A stretch of DNA of 64,000 bases, taken from positions 544,001 through 608,000 of the forward strand of contig OY970303.1 in NCBI GenBank assembly GCA_963716255.1, written 5' to 3'. This document shows positions 18,453-27,561 of the stretch, piece after piece. This DNA is from an uncultured Gemmatimonadales bacterium. GTDB taxonomy: Bacteria; Gemmatimonadota; Gemmatimonadetes; Longimicrobiales; Longimicrobiaceae. Each line of letters starts with the position of its first letter. The stretch's first letter is position 1. The notes beneath the pieces are model-generated. The model did no database searches, was not told the DNA's origin, and saw nothing but the letters and a program-made list of their open reading frames with translations. Position numbers and translations under genes: made by a program.

Positions 18453-18659
18453 CTACTCAACGGTGACGGTGCACCCGGTGATCGTACAATCGGAGCACTC
18501 GGCTTGCCCGGTGCTCATGTTCACCTTGCACGTCTTACAATCTATCTTGCAGCCCGATTCATCGGTGGCCAGGGCGACGCTCGGAACGACCAGCGTGCCG
18601 AGGCCGCAGAGGACGGCTACAGTGAGCAAGAGGGTACCGGCGCGGTCCTTCAGTGACAT
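18453..18659 (-). CDS. Secreted Cys-rich peptide 2 (68 aa; 6 Cys in the predicted mature part)
   Basis: AGGAGG RBS; signal peptide ending PSVALA; mature TDESGCKIDCKTCKVNMSTGQAECSDCTITGCTVTVE. Confidence 0.85.
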   Translation of the reverse strand: MSLKDRAGTLLLTVAVLCGLGTLVVPSVALATDESGCKIDCKTCKVNMSTGQAECSDCTITGCTVTVE

Positions 18660-19024
18660 AGCGTCCTCCTAGAGAACTGGGTGGAGCGTGCGGTCGGGAC
18701 TCATCCGCTGAAACGGGCAACCCCACGTTAACTTGCAGGAAAAAGTTGTACAAGGAAAAAATCTTCTTCTCGTCTCGCCCTGATAAGCTCTATATCTGCG
18801 CCGATCGATAACCACCACGGGAACGCAACACGGGCGTAAACGGTTCTCTGATCGGCCTCCCACTGGAGAAAGAGCATGTGGCGCTGGTGAGGACACTTAG
18901 AACGGGGGAGCCCCCGACCGGGTAAGACCCGCCGGGCCTCGGGTTTCGTCGAGTGCATACTGCCGAGTGAAAGTGGAGCCACCGCAATTCTACTCGCGAG
19001 TCCGTTCTATCGAGCGGCCCTGTA

Positions 19025-19414
19025 TCAACCCTTTAAACGCCTGCATTGCACGCGCCGGAAGTTGCCTGTGGGGTGACGCGAGCCACTGCGCCAGTTCCCG
19101 GACCTGGTCCGGTGCCAGGCGGGTAACGGCCCGCTGCAACTCGACGGTGAGTTGCCGGTGCGGGGCTCCCCGCGCGACTGGTGGCGGTCGATCTCCAGTT
19201 TCTCGCGCACGGACGCGTGCGCCACGAGGTTGTCGCGGAGTTCGGCGTAGTCGCGCCCGGTCCCAATCCTGTCGGGGAGGTTGCAGAGCAGGATCCCGTG
19301 CTCCTCCTCCAGCACCGCCCGCTCCCGCGTGATGTACCCCACGTGCCGGGCCGACGCGCCGACGGTCCCCGCCCGGAAGCGGATGAATGTCCCACCCCGC
19401 GCCGCGGCGCTCAC
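19025..19414 (-). pseudogene. Truncated relaxase (N-terminal fragment)
   Basis: GTGA-coupled to mobC; ARHVGYITR resembles the catalytic-Tyr motif I; plausible sequence ends near 19155 with no HUH motif. Confidence 0.65.
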
Positions 19415-19803
19415 CTCAGCCGCTCACGGATCAGGTCCACCGTCTCCTCCACCGCCCGCGCCGCCTCCTGCAGCTCGGCGTCGGTGGGCGGGAGCGCCGA
19501 GCCACCCACGTCGGCGGAGTTCTCCCGGTGGGCGAGCTGATTGAGGTTCACCCCCACCTTGCGGAGCTGGAACATCAAACCTTCCAGCACCTCTACCTCC
19601 ACGGGGGAGGCGCGGTGCGGAATGCGCTCCGCAGCCCCTTCAGCGGCCCCCAGCTCAGCGAGGAAGCGGGTGTATGGCCTCCCGGCCCTCCGGGCGTTCT
19701 CGATGATTCTGGACGCCTCATCGTCGGTCGCGCGGACGAAGAACGGGACGGGATACCGCCCGGCCAACCGCCGCCCCTTCCGCTTCTCCAGTTCGTCGGA
19801 CAT
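19411..19803 (-). CDS. mobC: Relaxosome accessory protein MobC
   Basis: RHH-like N-terminus (FFVRATDDEASRI), LRKVGVNLNQLAH signature, GGAGG RBS. Confidence 0.85.
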   Translation of the reverse strand: MSDELEKRKGRRLAGRYPVPFFVRATDDEASRIIENARRAGRPYTRFLAELGAAEGAAERIPHRASPVEVEVLEGLMFQLRKVGVNLNQLAHRENSADVGGSALPPTDAELQEAARAVEETVDLIRERLR

Positions 19804-19893
19804 ACGCACCTCCGCGTGTCTGGGTCGGGGTGGTTCCCCTTGAGCGCGCAGCGCGAATGGGGCAGGACGGGCCGCCGCGAAGCGGCAGGACCG

Positions 19894-19922
19894 GCATCGT
19901 GCTAGCACGATGCGTATCCTGC
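19894..19922 (+). promoter_or_regulatory. Origin of transfer (MOBP-type nic site)
   Basis: Perfect 20-bp palindrome GCATCGTGCTAGCACGATGC followed by G-TATCCTG^C, matching the RP4-type nick consensus; lies upstream of mobC. Confidence 0.8.
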
Positions 19923-20213
19923 ACTCACGCCGCCCCATCCCAGATACCTCCGGAGCGCCTGGTGCGTTGTATCCCCGTCCGGACGCCAGACCGCTCCCGT
20001 CGACACGACGGGACGGCATCGCGCGGCCTCCCCCGCAGCGGCAGCTTCGCCGCGACGCTACCCGGGACCCACTCCCCTCAGCAGCGCAGCCCTGGAGGCC
20101 TGACGCGCCAGAGAGCATGCGCCAGCCCGTCGTATAACACATTCCTGAATCGCGAGGTACTACCGGGTAGACCCATGCAGGACGTGGTCGCGGGAACAAC
20201 TCGGGAGGCACCG

Positions 20214-20684
20214 ATGACCGCATACGAGCGACTGCTGCGCTTCGTGGAGGATGCGCCGCGGGGAACCCTGGTGCCGGTGGAAGAGCTTCGCGCCATCCTG
20301 GCCGACGGACAGGTTGGCGCCGCTGAGGCCAAAGGAGTGCGCGACCTAACTGCTGCGGAAGCCGCGGACTGGCTGCACCGGCACCTGGGCGGAAGAAAGC
20401 GCACGCCCGCCGCAGTTCGGAAGATGATGCGGACGGGACTGCGAGGTGTGGTGCTTCAGTCCTTTTCGTTCGGGCGAGAGCGCCGCACGACGGAGCAGGA
20501 TCTGGAACGCTTCCTCGGGGAGGTCCGGGGCAGGTGTCGCTCGGTCACGGGGTCTCCTCTGCCGCCCCGCGAGACTTCCGGAGCGCTCCCGCCTAAGCGA
20601 GACGTGGATCCCGCAGACGAAATCGCCGCAGCCAAAGCAAGCTTCGGGATCTTCCGGCCTGAGCAACGGGCCGCGGGTGCGTGA
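20214..20684 (+). CDS. Excisionase-like winged-HTH protein
   Basis: DLTAAEAADWL...TPAAVRKMMRTG...RRTTEQDLERFL; GGAGG RBS; convergent on the integrase. Confidence 0.65.
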   Translation: MTAYERLLRFVEDAPRGTLVPVEELRAILADGQVGAAEAKGVRDLTAAEAADWLHRHLGGRKRTPAAVRKMMRTGLRGVVLQSFSFGRERRTTEQDLERFLGEVRGRCRSVTGSPLPPRETSGALPPKRDVDPADEIAAAKASFGIFRPEQRAAGA

Positions 20685-20715
20685 CACATCGGTCACACAC
20701 CCGCGCTCTCCCTCC

Positions 20716-22314
20716 CTACGCTGCCTGATCTGTCCTCGCCCCCTGTGGCTGCCCGGCTGCTCCCTCCGCGCGGCGGAAGCGGGCGAACCGGCGCGTCCCA
20801 TCCTTCCACACCGCCCCGCTCTCCACCAGCCTGTCCCGGCAGTAGTAGAAGGTCCCGGCAGGCAGGCCGGACGCGTGCTCCCACTCCTTCGCCGTGAGGC
20901 CACGCGGAGGGAGAAGAGCGAGGACAGCTTTCAGCTTCGGCGTCAGTTCCCAGGGTGACCTGCGCTCCGGGTCCGCGCCGAGACGATGGGCGTACTGAGC
21001 GGCCCATTCGCTCCACCGAAATTCCAGGTGGGACCGCGACGCGCGCAGGCGCGTGTGCCTGAAGTACCGCCGGTCGATCATCTCCAGGGAGCCGTGCCCC
21101 ATCTCCGCCTGGAGCTTCATGGGCGTCATGGCCTGGCCGTGCTCGTCCAGCGTGTACGTCCGGTGCGTGCAGTACGTCACCCGGAAGCGGCGGGTGCGAA
21201 CTGAGCCCTCCACGAACCCACAGAAGCCGGCGATCCGGTCCAGGGACTTGCGCCAGTCACCGAGCGGGACCGTACCGTCGCTCCCTTCGGCGGGGAAGAG
21301 GAGCGGCCCGCGGGGGGCGTTGGGGCCGGCCAGGTACTCCGCCAGGATCTCGGCCAGTTGAGGGTGCAGGGGGATGACACGCTCCCGGTAGTCCGTCTTC
21401 AGCCGGTTCTGGTTGTCCTCCGCCCGTACGGTGGGATTCGTCCGGACGACGACCGCACCCCGCGGAAACTCGGGATCGCCAGGCAACCGCACGTCGGACA
21501 CACGCACGCCGGCCCTCTCCGACTCGATCACGCCGGTCAGCAGGTAGAACCCGAGCAGAGGATAAAGGGGGAGCCCAGGCCGGTCAGGCGGATACAGGAC
21601 CCGCGCGCCCTCCAGGAGCAGCGCCGCCTCCCCCACCTCCAGGTGCTCCGTGGGACTCGGGTCGACGGAGGGGAGATCCGTGCGCTCGGTCACCCAGTTC
21701 CGGTCGATCCGGCCCTCCGCGACCGCGGCTTGAAGCAGTTCCCCGAGCGTGTCCAGGTACCGCCGCTGCGTGGTGCAGGAGAGCTTGCCCCGCCGGCCGC
21801 CCGCGCGGTTTCCCTGACACTCGGGCGGCCGGGTGCGGAGTTCCTCCATGTAAGCGCGGATCTCCGCGGGCCCAAGCTCCGTCAGCCGCTCGCGTCCTCG
21901 CTGGGCGAAGAACCGCGCCGCGTGCACCAGCCGCTGCTCCTGGACCCTCAACCAGCCGCGGGTAACCTTCTTTCGACCGTGGCGGTTCTCCTTTTCAGCG
22001 AGATACCAGCCGGCGAAGGTCGCGATGCGGTCCAGCGGGTCCTCAGCCTCCAGTCGGGGCGCGATCCCGTCCGGGTGCGTCTTTCGCAGTTCGCGCATCT
22101 CCGCGAGCCGCTGCCCGTACAGGATCGCCGCCGTGACGGCGTCGGCCGTCGCGTACCTCTCACCCGGGGCGACCAGCGCCTCCTGCCTGCCGCCCCAAAG
22201 GTTCCACTCCCGCGCGTCGATATAGGCGCGCCCGCGCTTCCAGTAGAGCCGCGCGTGCGGCTCCTGCCCTGCGCCTGTCGCTTGTGCCGCTTCGCGGCCG
22301 ACGGACTTGCGCAT
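20716..22314 (-). CDS. Tyrosine recombinase/integrase
   Basis: Core-binding-like region (LSCTTQRRYLDTL), RLKT, RVIPLHPQL, RRFRVTY, MGHGS, RRY; next to the tRNA 3' end. Confidence 0.85.
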   Translation of the reverse strand: MRKSVGREAAQATGAGQEPHARLYWKRGRAYIDAREWNLWGGRQEALVAPGERYATADAVTAAILYGQRLAEMRELRKTHPDGIAPRLEAEDPLDRIATFAGWYLAEKENRHGRKKVTRGWLRVQEQRLVHAARFFAQRGRERLTELGPAEIRAYMEELRTRPPECQGNRAGGRRGKLSCTTQRRYLDTLGELLQAAVAEGRIDRNWVTERTDLPSVDPSPTEHLEVGEAALLLEGARVLYPPDRPGLPLYPLLGFYLLTGVIESERAGVRVSDVRLPGDPEFPRGAVVVRTNPTVRAEDNQNRLKTDYRERVIPLHPQLAEILAEYLAGPNAPRGPLLFPAEGSDGTVPLGDWRKSLDRIAGFCGFVEGSVRTRRFRVTYCTHRTYTLDEHGQAMTPMKLQAEMGHGSLEMIDRRYFRHTRLRASRSHLEFRWSEWAAQYAHRLGADPERRSPWELTPKLKAVLALLPPRGLTAKEWEHASGLPAGTFYYCRDRLVESGAVWKDGTRRFARFRRAEGAAGQPQGARTDQAA

Positions 22315-22500
22315 ACCTCGCTCCTAGCCCGGGCCAGGTTGAGCAATCGCGGCGAACCCCTCTCCGGAGAGGGATTACCACGTGAACGCGAGGTGCGTTG
22401 TATCCTGTGTTACCGGAGCTTGTTACCCGCAGCCCGATTCGAGCTACAAAACAAACGCCCGCAGGTGGCTAAACAGCCATCCTACGGGCGTTTGGGGACA

Positions 22501-22575
22501 TGCTCCCGGCAGGACTCGAACCTGCGACCTTTGGTTTAGGAAACCACTGCTCTATCCTGGCTGAGCTACGAGGGC
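22501..22575 (-). tRNA. tRNA-Arg(CCT), CCA not encoded
   Basis: GCCCTCG TA GCTC..GAGC A GTGGT TT CCT AA ACCAA AGGTC GCAGG TTCGAGT CCTGC CGGGAGC A cloverleaf. Confidence 0.95.
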
Positions 22576-22664
22576 GCACCACACGGGACCAGGCCCCGCG
22601 AAGGCCGGAAATTTAGCTGTTTCCCGCCGGAGGGTCAATCGCCGCTCCGTCCGGTGCGCGGGGC

Positions 22665-24131
22665 TCACGAGGCCCCGCGGCGCCCCTGCGCGTAACCCAG
22701 CGCGAAGCCGGTGACCAGCAGCTCCAGTGGGTCCGTCCCCGCCCCGCCCGCCAGCACCTCACCCGGCTGCTCGCGCAGCCTGCGCGCGATCCCCTCCAGC
22801 CGCTCCGCCACTTCCGCCAGCGCGTCCGCCGTGCCCCCACCGAGCGCCGCCTCCCCGGCATCCCCCGCGAAGGGAGCGGCCTCCCCGGCAAAGGCCGACT
22901 CTCCGTACGCCGCGTCGAAGCCGCTCAGCGCCTCAGCCTCGGACTCCGCGTAGTCGGACGCGTACCCGGACCCGGCGGCGTAGTCCGCGTCGCCCGCGGG
23001 CGCGTAGAGCGCCTCCTCCGCGGCAGTGTTCTCCTCGGATGCGAAGTACTCCTCCATGGAGGAGGCGGGCTCCTCGGCGTCCGCCGCCATCTCCGATGCG
23101 CTCTCCTCCGCGTCCGCCGCCATCTCCTCCACCGCGGGCTCCAGCAACCAGGCCTCCGCCCCGGAGTCCTCCACCTCGCCGGCCGCGGGGGCCGATTCCC
23201 ACGGGCTCGCGGCCGCCTCGGGCGCCGCTTCCGCCTCGGAAACGTGCACGGGCGCGCCGGAGTCCCAGGGCGTGGGCTCCTCCGCGGCTGCGGGGAACGC
23301 GTCCGCCGCGTCCAGCGGCTCCACCGCGTCGGAGGCGTTCGGCGGCGCCTCCCCCTCGCTCGCCTCCGGCTCGGCGGCGAGCGACAAGGGCGCGTCCGCA
23401 CCGAACGCGGGAGGCTCGTGGGCCACCGCGTCGGAGGGCGCCGCCTCGTACGCCTGTGCGTCGAAGGGCGTGGCCTCGGGGGCGGGAGTCTCCAGGGGCG
23501 CGGCGTCGAACGACTCCACGTCGAACGAGTACGCCTCGCTCGCGGACGGCTCCGCCGCGGGCGCGTCCACCTCCACCTCCTCGCCGCCCCACGTCATCCA
23601 CGCCGGCTCCGCCGCCTCGGCCGGTTCCTGGAAGGCCGGTTCCTGGAAGGCCGGTTCCTGGAAGGCCGGCTCCTGGAGCGCCGGATCCTGGAGCGTGGGC
23701 TCCGCGTGCATCGCCGGCGCGGCGGTCAGCCAGGGCAGGTCCTCCGCGTCGTCCTCCGACGCGGGCGCACCGGCGAGGGGAGTGTCCGCTTCCACCGGCG
23801 CCTCCCAGGGCATCCACGCCTCGTCCTGCGCCCCGGTCGCCGCGGGGGTGAACGGGGCCGTCTCCTCCTCCACCGCCGACGGCGGCTCGGGGGCACGGGC
23901 ATACTCGTCCACCACGCTCCCGGCCTCCTCCGCAAAGGGAGCGGCCGGAGCGGGAGGAGCCACCGGTGCGGGCGCCGGCTGGGCGGCGCCGGGGCGCGCG
24001 AAGGGAGCGAACGGCGGCAGCGGCGCCCCGGCAGCCGGGGCCGCGTCCGGCGAGCCCGAGGGACGCGACAGGGCGGGAGCGAACGGCGGGAGCGGCCTGC
24101 GGTCCGCGGGATCTCCGGGGTGTGCGCTCAT
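22665..24131 (-). CDS. Acidic Pro/Ala/Glu-rich, probably disordered protein with a helical C-terminus
   Basis: Long ORF with biased composition, tandem QEPAF repeats, C-terminal DALAEVAERLEGIARRLR...DPLELLVTGFALGY. Confidence 0.8.
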   Translation of the reverse strand: MSAHPGDPADRRPLPPFAPALSRPSGSPDAAPAAGAPLPPFAPFARPGAAQPAPAPVAPPAPAAPFAEEAGSVVDEYARAPEPPSAVEEETAPFTPAATGAQDEAWMPWEAPVEADTPLAGAPASEDDAEDLPWLTAAPAMHAEPTLQDPALQEPAFQEPAFQEPAFQEPAEAAEPAWMTWGGEEVEVDAPAAEPSASEAYSFDVESFDAAPLETPAPEATPFDAQAYEAAPSDAVAHEPPAFGADAPLSLAAEPEASEGEAPPNASDAVEPLDAADAFPAAAEEPTPWDSGAPVHVSEAEAAPEAAASPWESAPAAGEVEDSGAEAWLLEPAVEEMAADAEESASEMAADAEEPASSMEEYFASEENTAAEEALYAPAGDADYAAGSGYASDYAESEAEALSGFDAAYGESAFAGEAAPFAGDAGEAALGGGTADALAEVAERLEGIARRLREQPGEVLAGGAGTDPLELLVTGFALGYAQGRRGAS

Positions 24132-24327
24132 CGGGAGTGCCGGGAGGAGAGTGGACGAAGAGATGCGAAGGGAGCCGCGCGGGGCGGCGCCGGGAAGACG
24201 CGCGCGTGGGCGGACGGCGCGCCGGCCGGGAGGCGGGCGCACGGGGTCCGCGGGTGCTCGGTTCCGGGTGTGAGGCGCAAGCTACCGCGGCGCGGGGGGC
24301 GCTGTCAACGAATTTGGCGCGGGCGGC

Positions 24328-24996
24328 TCAGCCGCCGCGACCCGGCTCCGCGCGCTCGGCCCAGCCGAAGCGGCCCAGGAGCGGCACGAAAGTGACGTCC
24401 AGCACCTCCTCCATGGTCACCCCCTCCGGGGCGTTCCGCACCATCACCAGGCGCTGCGTGTCGCGCGCGCCCACCGGCACCAGCATCCGCCCGCCGGGGG
24501 CCAGCTGCTCCACCAGCGGCGCCGGGACCTCGGGGCTCCCGGCCGCCACCAGGATGGCGTCGTAGGGTGCGTAGCGGCTCCAGCCGATGGTCCCGTCCCC
24601 CACCAGCAGCGCCACGTTGGAGACGCGCAGCCGGTCCAGCACGTCGCGCGCCCGCATCGAGAGCTCGCGGATGCGCTCCACCGAGTGCACACGGTCCACC
24701 AGCGAGGCCAGCACCGCCGTCTGGTGCCCCGACCCCGTCCCGATCTCCAGCACCCGGTCGGTGGACTGCAGCTGCAGCGCCTGCATGTAATACGCCTGGA
24801 GCGAGGGCTGCGACGCCGTCTGCCCGAAGCCGATGGGCACCGGGGCGTCCTCGTAGGCGCGGCCCCACACCGCCTCCGGCAGGAACTCGTGGCGCGGGAC
24901 GCGCTCGAAGGCGCGCAGCACCTCCAGGTCGCGGATGCCGCGCTCCTGCATGCGGCCCACCAGCGCGCGGCGCTGCGCCAGGAAGCGGTCGCTCAC
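24328..24996 (-). CDS. pcm: Protein-L-isoaspartate O-methyltransferase
   Basis: VPRHEF, GQTASQP, VLEIGTGSG, FVPLLG; GTGA-coupled to surE. Confidence 0.95.
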   Translation of the reverse strand: MSDRFLAQRRALVGRMQERGIRDLEVLRAFERVPRHEFLPEAVWGRAYEDAPVPIGFGQTASQPSLQAYYMQALQLQSTDRVLEIGTGSGHQTAVLASLVDRVHSVERIRELSMRARDVLDRLRVSNVALLVGDGTIGWSRYAPYDAILVAAGSPEVPAPLVEQLAPGGRMLVPVGARDTQRLVMVRNAPEGVTMEEVLDVTFVPLLGRFGWAERAEPGRGG

Positions 24997-25739
24997 AGCG
25001 ACAGCCCCCACCCCGCCACGTCGGCGAGGAGCGCGTGGTTGGTGAGGTCCAGGTGCAGCGGCGTCACCGACACGTAGCCCGCCTTCACCGCGTGGAAGTC
25101 GGTCCCCTCCGGCGCGTCCCACTCCGCCCCGCCGCCGCCGATCCAGAAGTACTCGCGCCCCATCGGGTCCTTGCCGCGGAAGATGGAGTCGTTGTACACG
25201 CGGCGCGCCAGGCGCGTCACCTGCACGCCCCTGACCTCCGCCGGGTCGATGCCCGGGAGGTTGACGTTGAGCAGCGTCTCCGGGGGAAAGCCGCCGCGCA
25301 GCAATTGCGGCAGCAGCCGTTCCAGCAGCGGCCCGAAGGCGCCGATGGCCTCCGGGTCGCGCCCCACGTACGACACCGCCACCGAGGGGATCCCCAGGAT
25401 GGTGGCCTCCATCGCCCCCGCCACGGTCCCCGAGTAGAGCACGTCCTCGCCCATGTTGGGCCCGTGGTTCACCCCCGAGAGCACGCAGTCCGGGCGGCCC
25501 TCCAGGAGGGCGCCCATCGCCAGGGCCACGCAGTCCGTGGGAGTGCCGTCCACGTGGTGCACACCCTCGCGCACGCGGCGGGCGCGGAGCGGGTGGTGCA
25601 TGGTGAGCGAGTGGCTGGTGGCGCTCTGCTCGCGGTCGGGCGCGACGATCTCCACGGTGCCCAGGGTCTTCGCGGCCGTGGCCAGGACGTCCAGCCCAAG
25701 GGCCAGGTAGCCGTCGTCGTTTGTGCAGAGGATCAGCAT
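24993..25739 (-). CDS. surE: 5'/3'-nucleotidase SurE
   Basis: ILCTNDDG, GTPTDCV, SGVNHGPN, YSGTVAGA. Confidence 0.97.
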   Translation of the reverse strand: MLILCTNDDGYLALGLDVLATAAKTLGTVEIVAPDREQSATSHSLTMHHPLRARRVREGVHHVDGTPTDCVALAMGALLEGRPDCVLSGVNHGPNMGEDVLYSGTVAGAMEATILGIPSVAVSYVGRDPEAIGAFGPLLERLLPQLLRGGFPPETLLNVNLPGIDPAEVRGVQVTRLARRVYNDSIFRGKDPMGREYFWIGGGGAEWDAPEGTDFHAVKAGYVSVTPLHLDLTNHALLADVAGWGLSL

Positions 25740-25783
25740 CTGGTCGCTCGAATTGTGTCGGGACGGCAACGACTCTGAACGAC

Positions 25784-25922
25784 GGGTTCGGGCGTGCCCC
25801 CGGCTGCGCCGGGGTCGGGCTTCGGCTCCGTAGGCGAGCAAACAACGCTCGCCAACGGAGTCGAGCCCCCGCGGAAACTGCCCCGCGGGGTCTCGCCCCT
25901 CCGGGCCGAAATCCCTCACGCG
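25784..25922 (-). repeat. Multi-hairpin element family A, copy 1
   Basis: Shared scaffold GCGTGAGGGATTTCGGCC...GCCGAAGCCCGACCCC...CACGCCC, read on the minus strand. Confidence 0.95.
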
Positions 25923-25945
25923 GGCATTGCGCTGGCGTCCGCTGG

Positions 25946-25992
25946 GGCCCCCTCCCCCCGGCCCCCTCCCCCGCAAGCGGGAGAGGGGGAGA
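25946..25992 (+). repeat. Palindromic CCCCCTCCCCCGCAAGCGGGAGAGGGGGAG repeat (family C); also ~28350-28392 (reverse), ~53660-53689, ~62099-62149
   Basis: Four related copies, each next to a family A copy. Confidence 0.85.
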
Positions 25993-26209
25993 ACGACACG
26001 GCTGTTGCCGTTGCGATCTGCGCCGGGAGGTCGGGGGAGGGTCCGCAGGCGGCGCGTTTGTTCGAAGCCAGCGTGATCCTGCCCTCGCGCGGAGGGTGGG
26101 CGAGTGCTCTCGAGAGTCCCTTCGGGTGTCGCACCGCCGGAGGAGCCTTCCCCGGCCGACCCCATACCCGGAACCCGCCGGAGCGAGCCGTCGCACTCCC
26201 GCACTGCCG

Positions 26210-26554
26210 TCAGAGCAGCTCCAGGATCTCCTCGAGCTCCGCGCGCAGCGAGCGCACGAACGACTCCTCCAGGGCGCGGCGCGAGCGGTCGGCCATGTCG
26301 CCGGAGGCGCGCAGCTCCTCGATCCTGCGGCGCGCGCCGTCTATGGTGAAGCCTTCGTCGTGCACCAGGCGGCGGATGAGCGCGATCAGCTCCAGGTCGC
26401 GGGCGCGGTAGACGCGGTTGCCCTGCCGGTTCTTGGCGGGGGCGAACGCGTCGAACTGCGTCTCCCAGTAGCGCAGCACGTGCGCCTTCAGCCCCAGCAG
26501 CTCGCACACCTCGCCGATGGAGTAGAACTCCCGCTGCGGCGCGCCGCGCTTCAC
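26210..26554 (-). CDS. MerR-family transcriptional regulator
   Basis: YSIGEVCELLGLKAHVLRYWETQF...GNRVY. Confidence 0.93.
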   Translation of the reverse strand: MKRGAPQREFYSIGEVCELLGLKAHVLRYWETQFDAFAPAKNRQGNRVYRARDLELIALIRRLVHDEGFTIDGARRRIEELRASGDMADRSRRALEESFVRSLRAELEEILELL

Positions 26555-27561
26555 CCCCAGTGCTCCGCCTTGGGCTCGCGCAGCATCAGGCGCTCCACCG
26601 CGGCTCGCGGGGGAAGCTCCTCGAAGAGCACCGCGTGCACCGCGTGCACGATGGGCATCTCGATGCCGCGGCGCAGCGCCAGGTCGTGCGCCGACTTGGC
26701 CGTGCGCACCCCCTCCGCCACCTGCGTCATCCCGCCCAGGATGTCCCCCAGGCCGCGCCCCGCCCCCAGCTCAAGCCCCACCGAGCGGTTGCGGGACAGG
26801 GCGCCGGTGCAGGTGAGGATCAGGTCGCCCATCCCGGCCAGCCCGGCGAAGGTCAGCGGGTTCGCGCCCAGGTCCACCCCCAGCCGGGTGATCTCCGCCA
26901 GACCGCGGGTGATGAGCGCCGCCCGGGTGTTGTTGCCGAAGCCCAGCCCCTCCACCACCCCCGCCGCGATGGCGATCACGTTCTTGAGCGCCCCGCCCAG
27001 CTCCACCCCCGCCACGTCGCTGCTGGTGTAGACGCGGAAGTACTCCGTCTGGAAGAGCTCCTGCGCGCGCTCCGCCGCGCGCGCCGAGCGCGACGCGATG
27101 GTCACCGCCGTGGGCTGCCCCAGCCCCACCTCCAGCGCGAAGCTGGGCCCGGACAGGTAGGTGGCGCCGAGCGCCGCCTCGCGCGGCAGCACGTCCTCCA
27201 GCACCCCGTCCATGGTCTCCAGGGTGTCGGTCTCGATCCCCTTGGAAGCGCTCACCACCAGCGCGTCGGGGCGCATGGAGCGCGCGGCCAGCGACATCAC
27301 CGGCCGCACCACGTGCGACGGCGACACCGAGACCACGACCTCCGCCCCCTCCACCGCCTCCGCCATGTCCGCGGTGGCCCGCAGCCGCGGGTCCAGCTCC
27401 ACCTCGGCGAGGTAGCGCGGGTTGCGGTGCTCCCGCTCGATGCCCTCGGCCACGTCCGCCTCGTGCGACCACAGGGTCACCGGGACGCCCTTGCGGGCCA
27501 GCAGGTTGGCGAGCGCCGTCCCCCAGCTCCCCGCCCCGACGACCGCGACGCGCGCGCTCAC
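26551..27561 (-). CDS. gpsA: NAD(P)H-dependent glycerol-3-phosphate dehydrogenase
   Basis: GAGSWGTALA, SKGIE, SGPSFA, GGALKNVIAIA, GDLILTC. Confidence 0.97.
   Translation of the reverse strand: MSARVAVVGAGSWGTALANLLARKGVPVTLWSHEADVAEGIEREHRNPRYLAEVELDPRLRATADMAEAVEGAEVVVSVSPSHVVRPVMSLAARSMRPDALVVSASKGIETDTLETMDGVLEDVLPREAALGATYLSGPSFALEVGLGQPTAVTIASRSARAAERAQELFQTEYFRVYTSSDVAGVELGGALKNVIAIAAGVVEGLGFGNNTRAALITRGLAEITRLGVDLGANPLTFAGLAGMGDLILTCTGALSRNRSVGLELGAGRGLGDILGGMTQVAEGVRTAKSAHDLALRRGIEMPIVHAVHAVLFEELPPRAAVERLMLREPKAEHWG

Larger units (their letters stand above)
19025..22500. mobile_element. Core of a decayed integrative mobilisable element at tRNA-Arg; cargo probably extends left to ~10100 or beyond
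   Basis: Integrase, xis-like gene, oriT, mobC and relaxase fragment together; visibly lower-GC cargo with IS and gene remnants; distal att site not found. Confidence 0.75.

Noticed and set aside
18725..18765. AT-rich AGGAAAAA direct repeat upstream of the Cys-peptide genes
   Set aside because: Plausibly promoter DNA, but two short A-rich copies are too weak to call a binding site.
10100..19000. Distal att site (duplicate of the tRNA-Arg 3' end)
   Set aside because: Not found by eye; it may be deleted or lie left of the window, so the island's left boundary is undefined.
25784..25922. Family A as a hammerhead ribozyme or group II intron fragment
   Set aside because: No CUGANGA core or domain V signature recognised on either strand; a different catalytic fold is not excluded.
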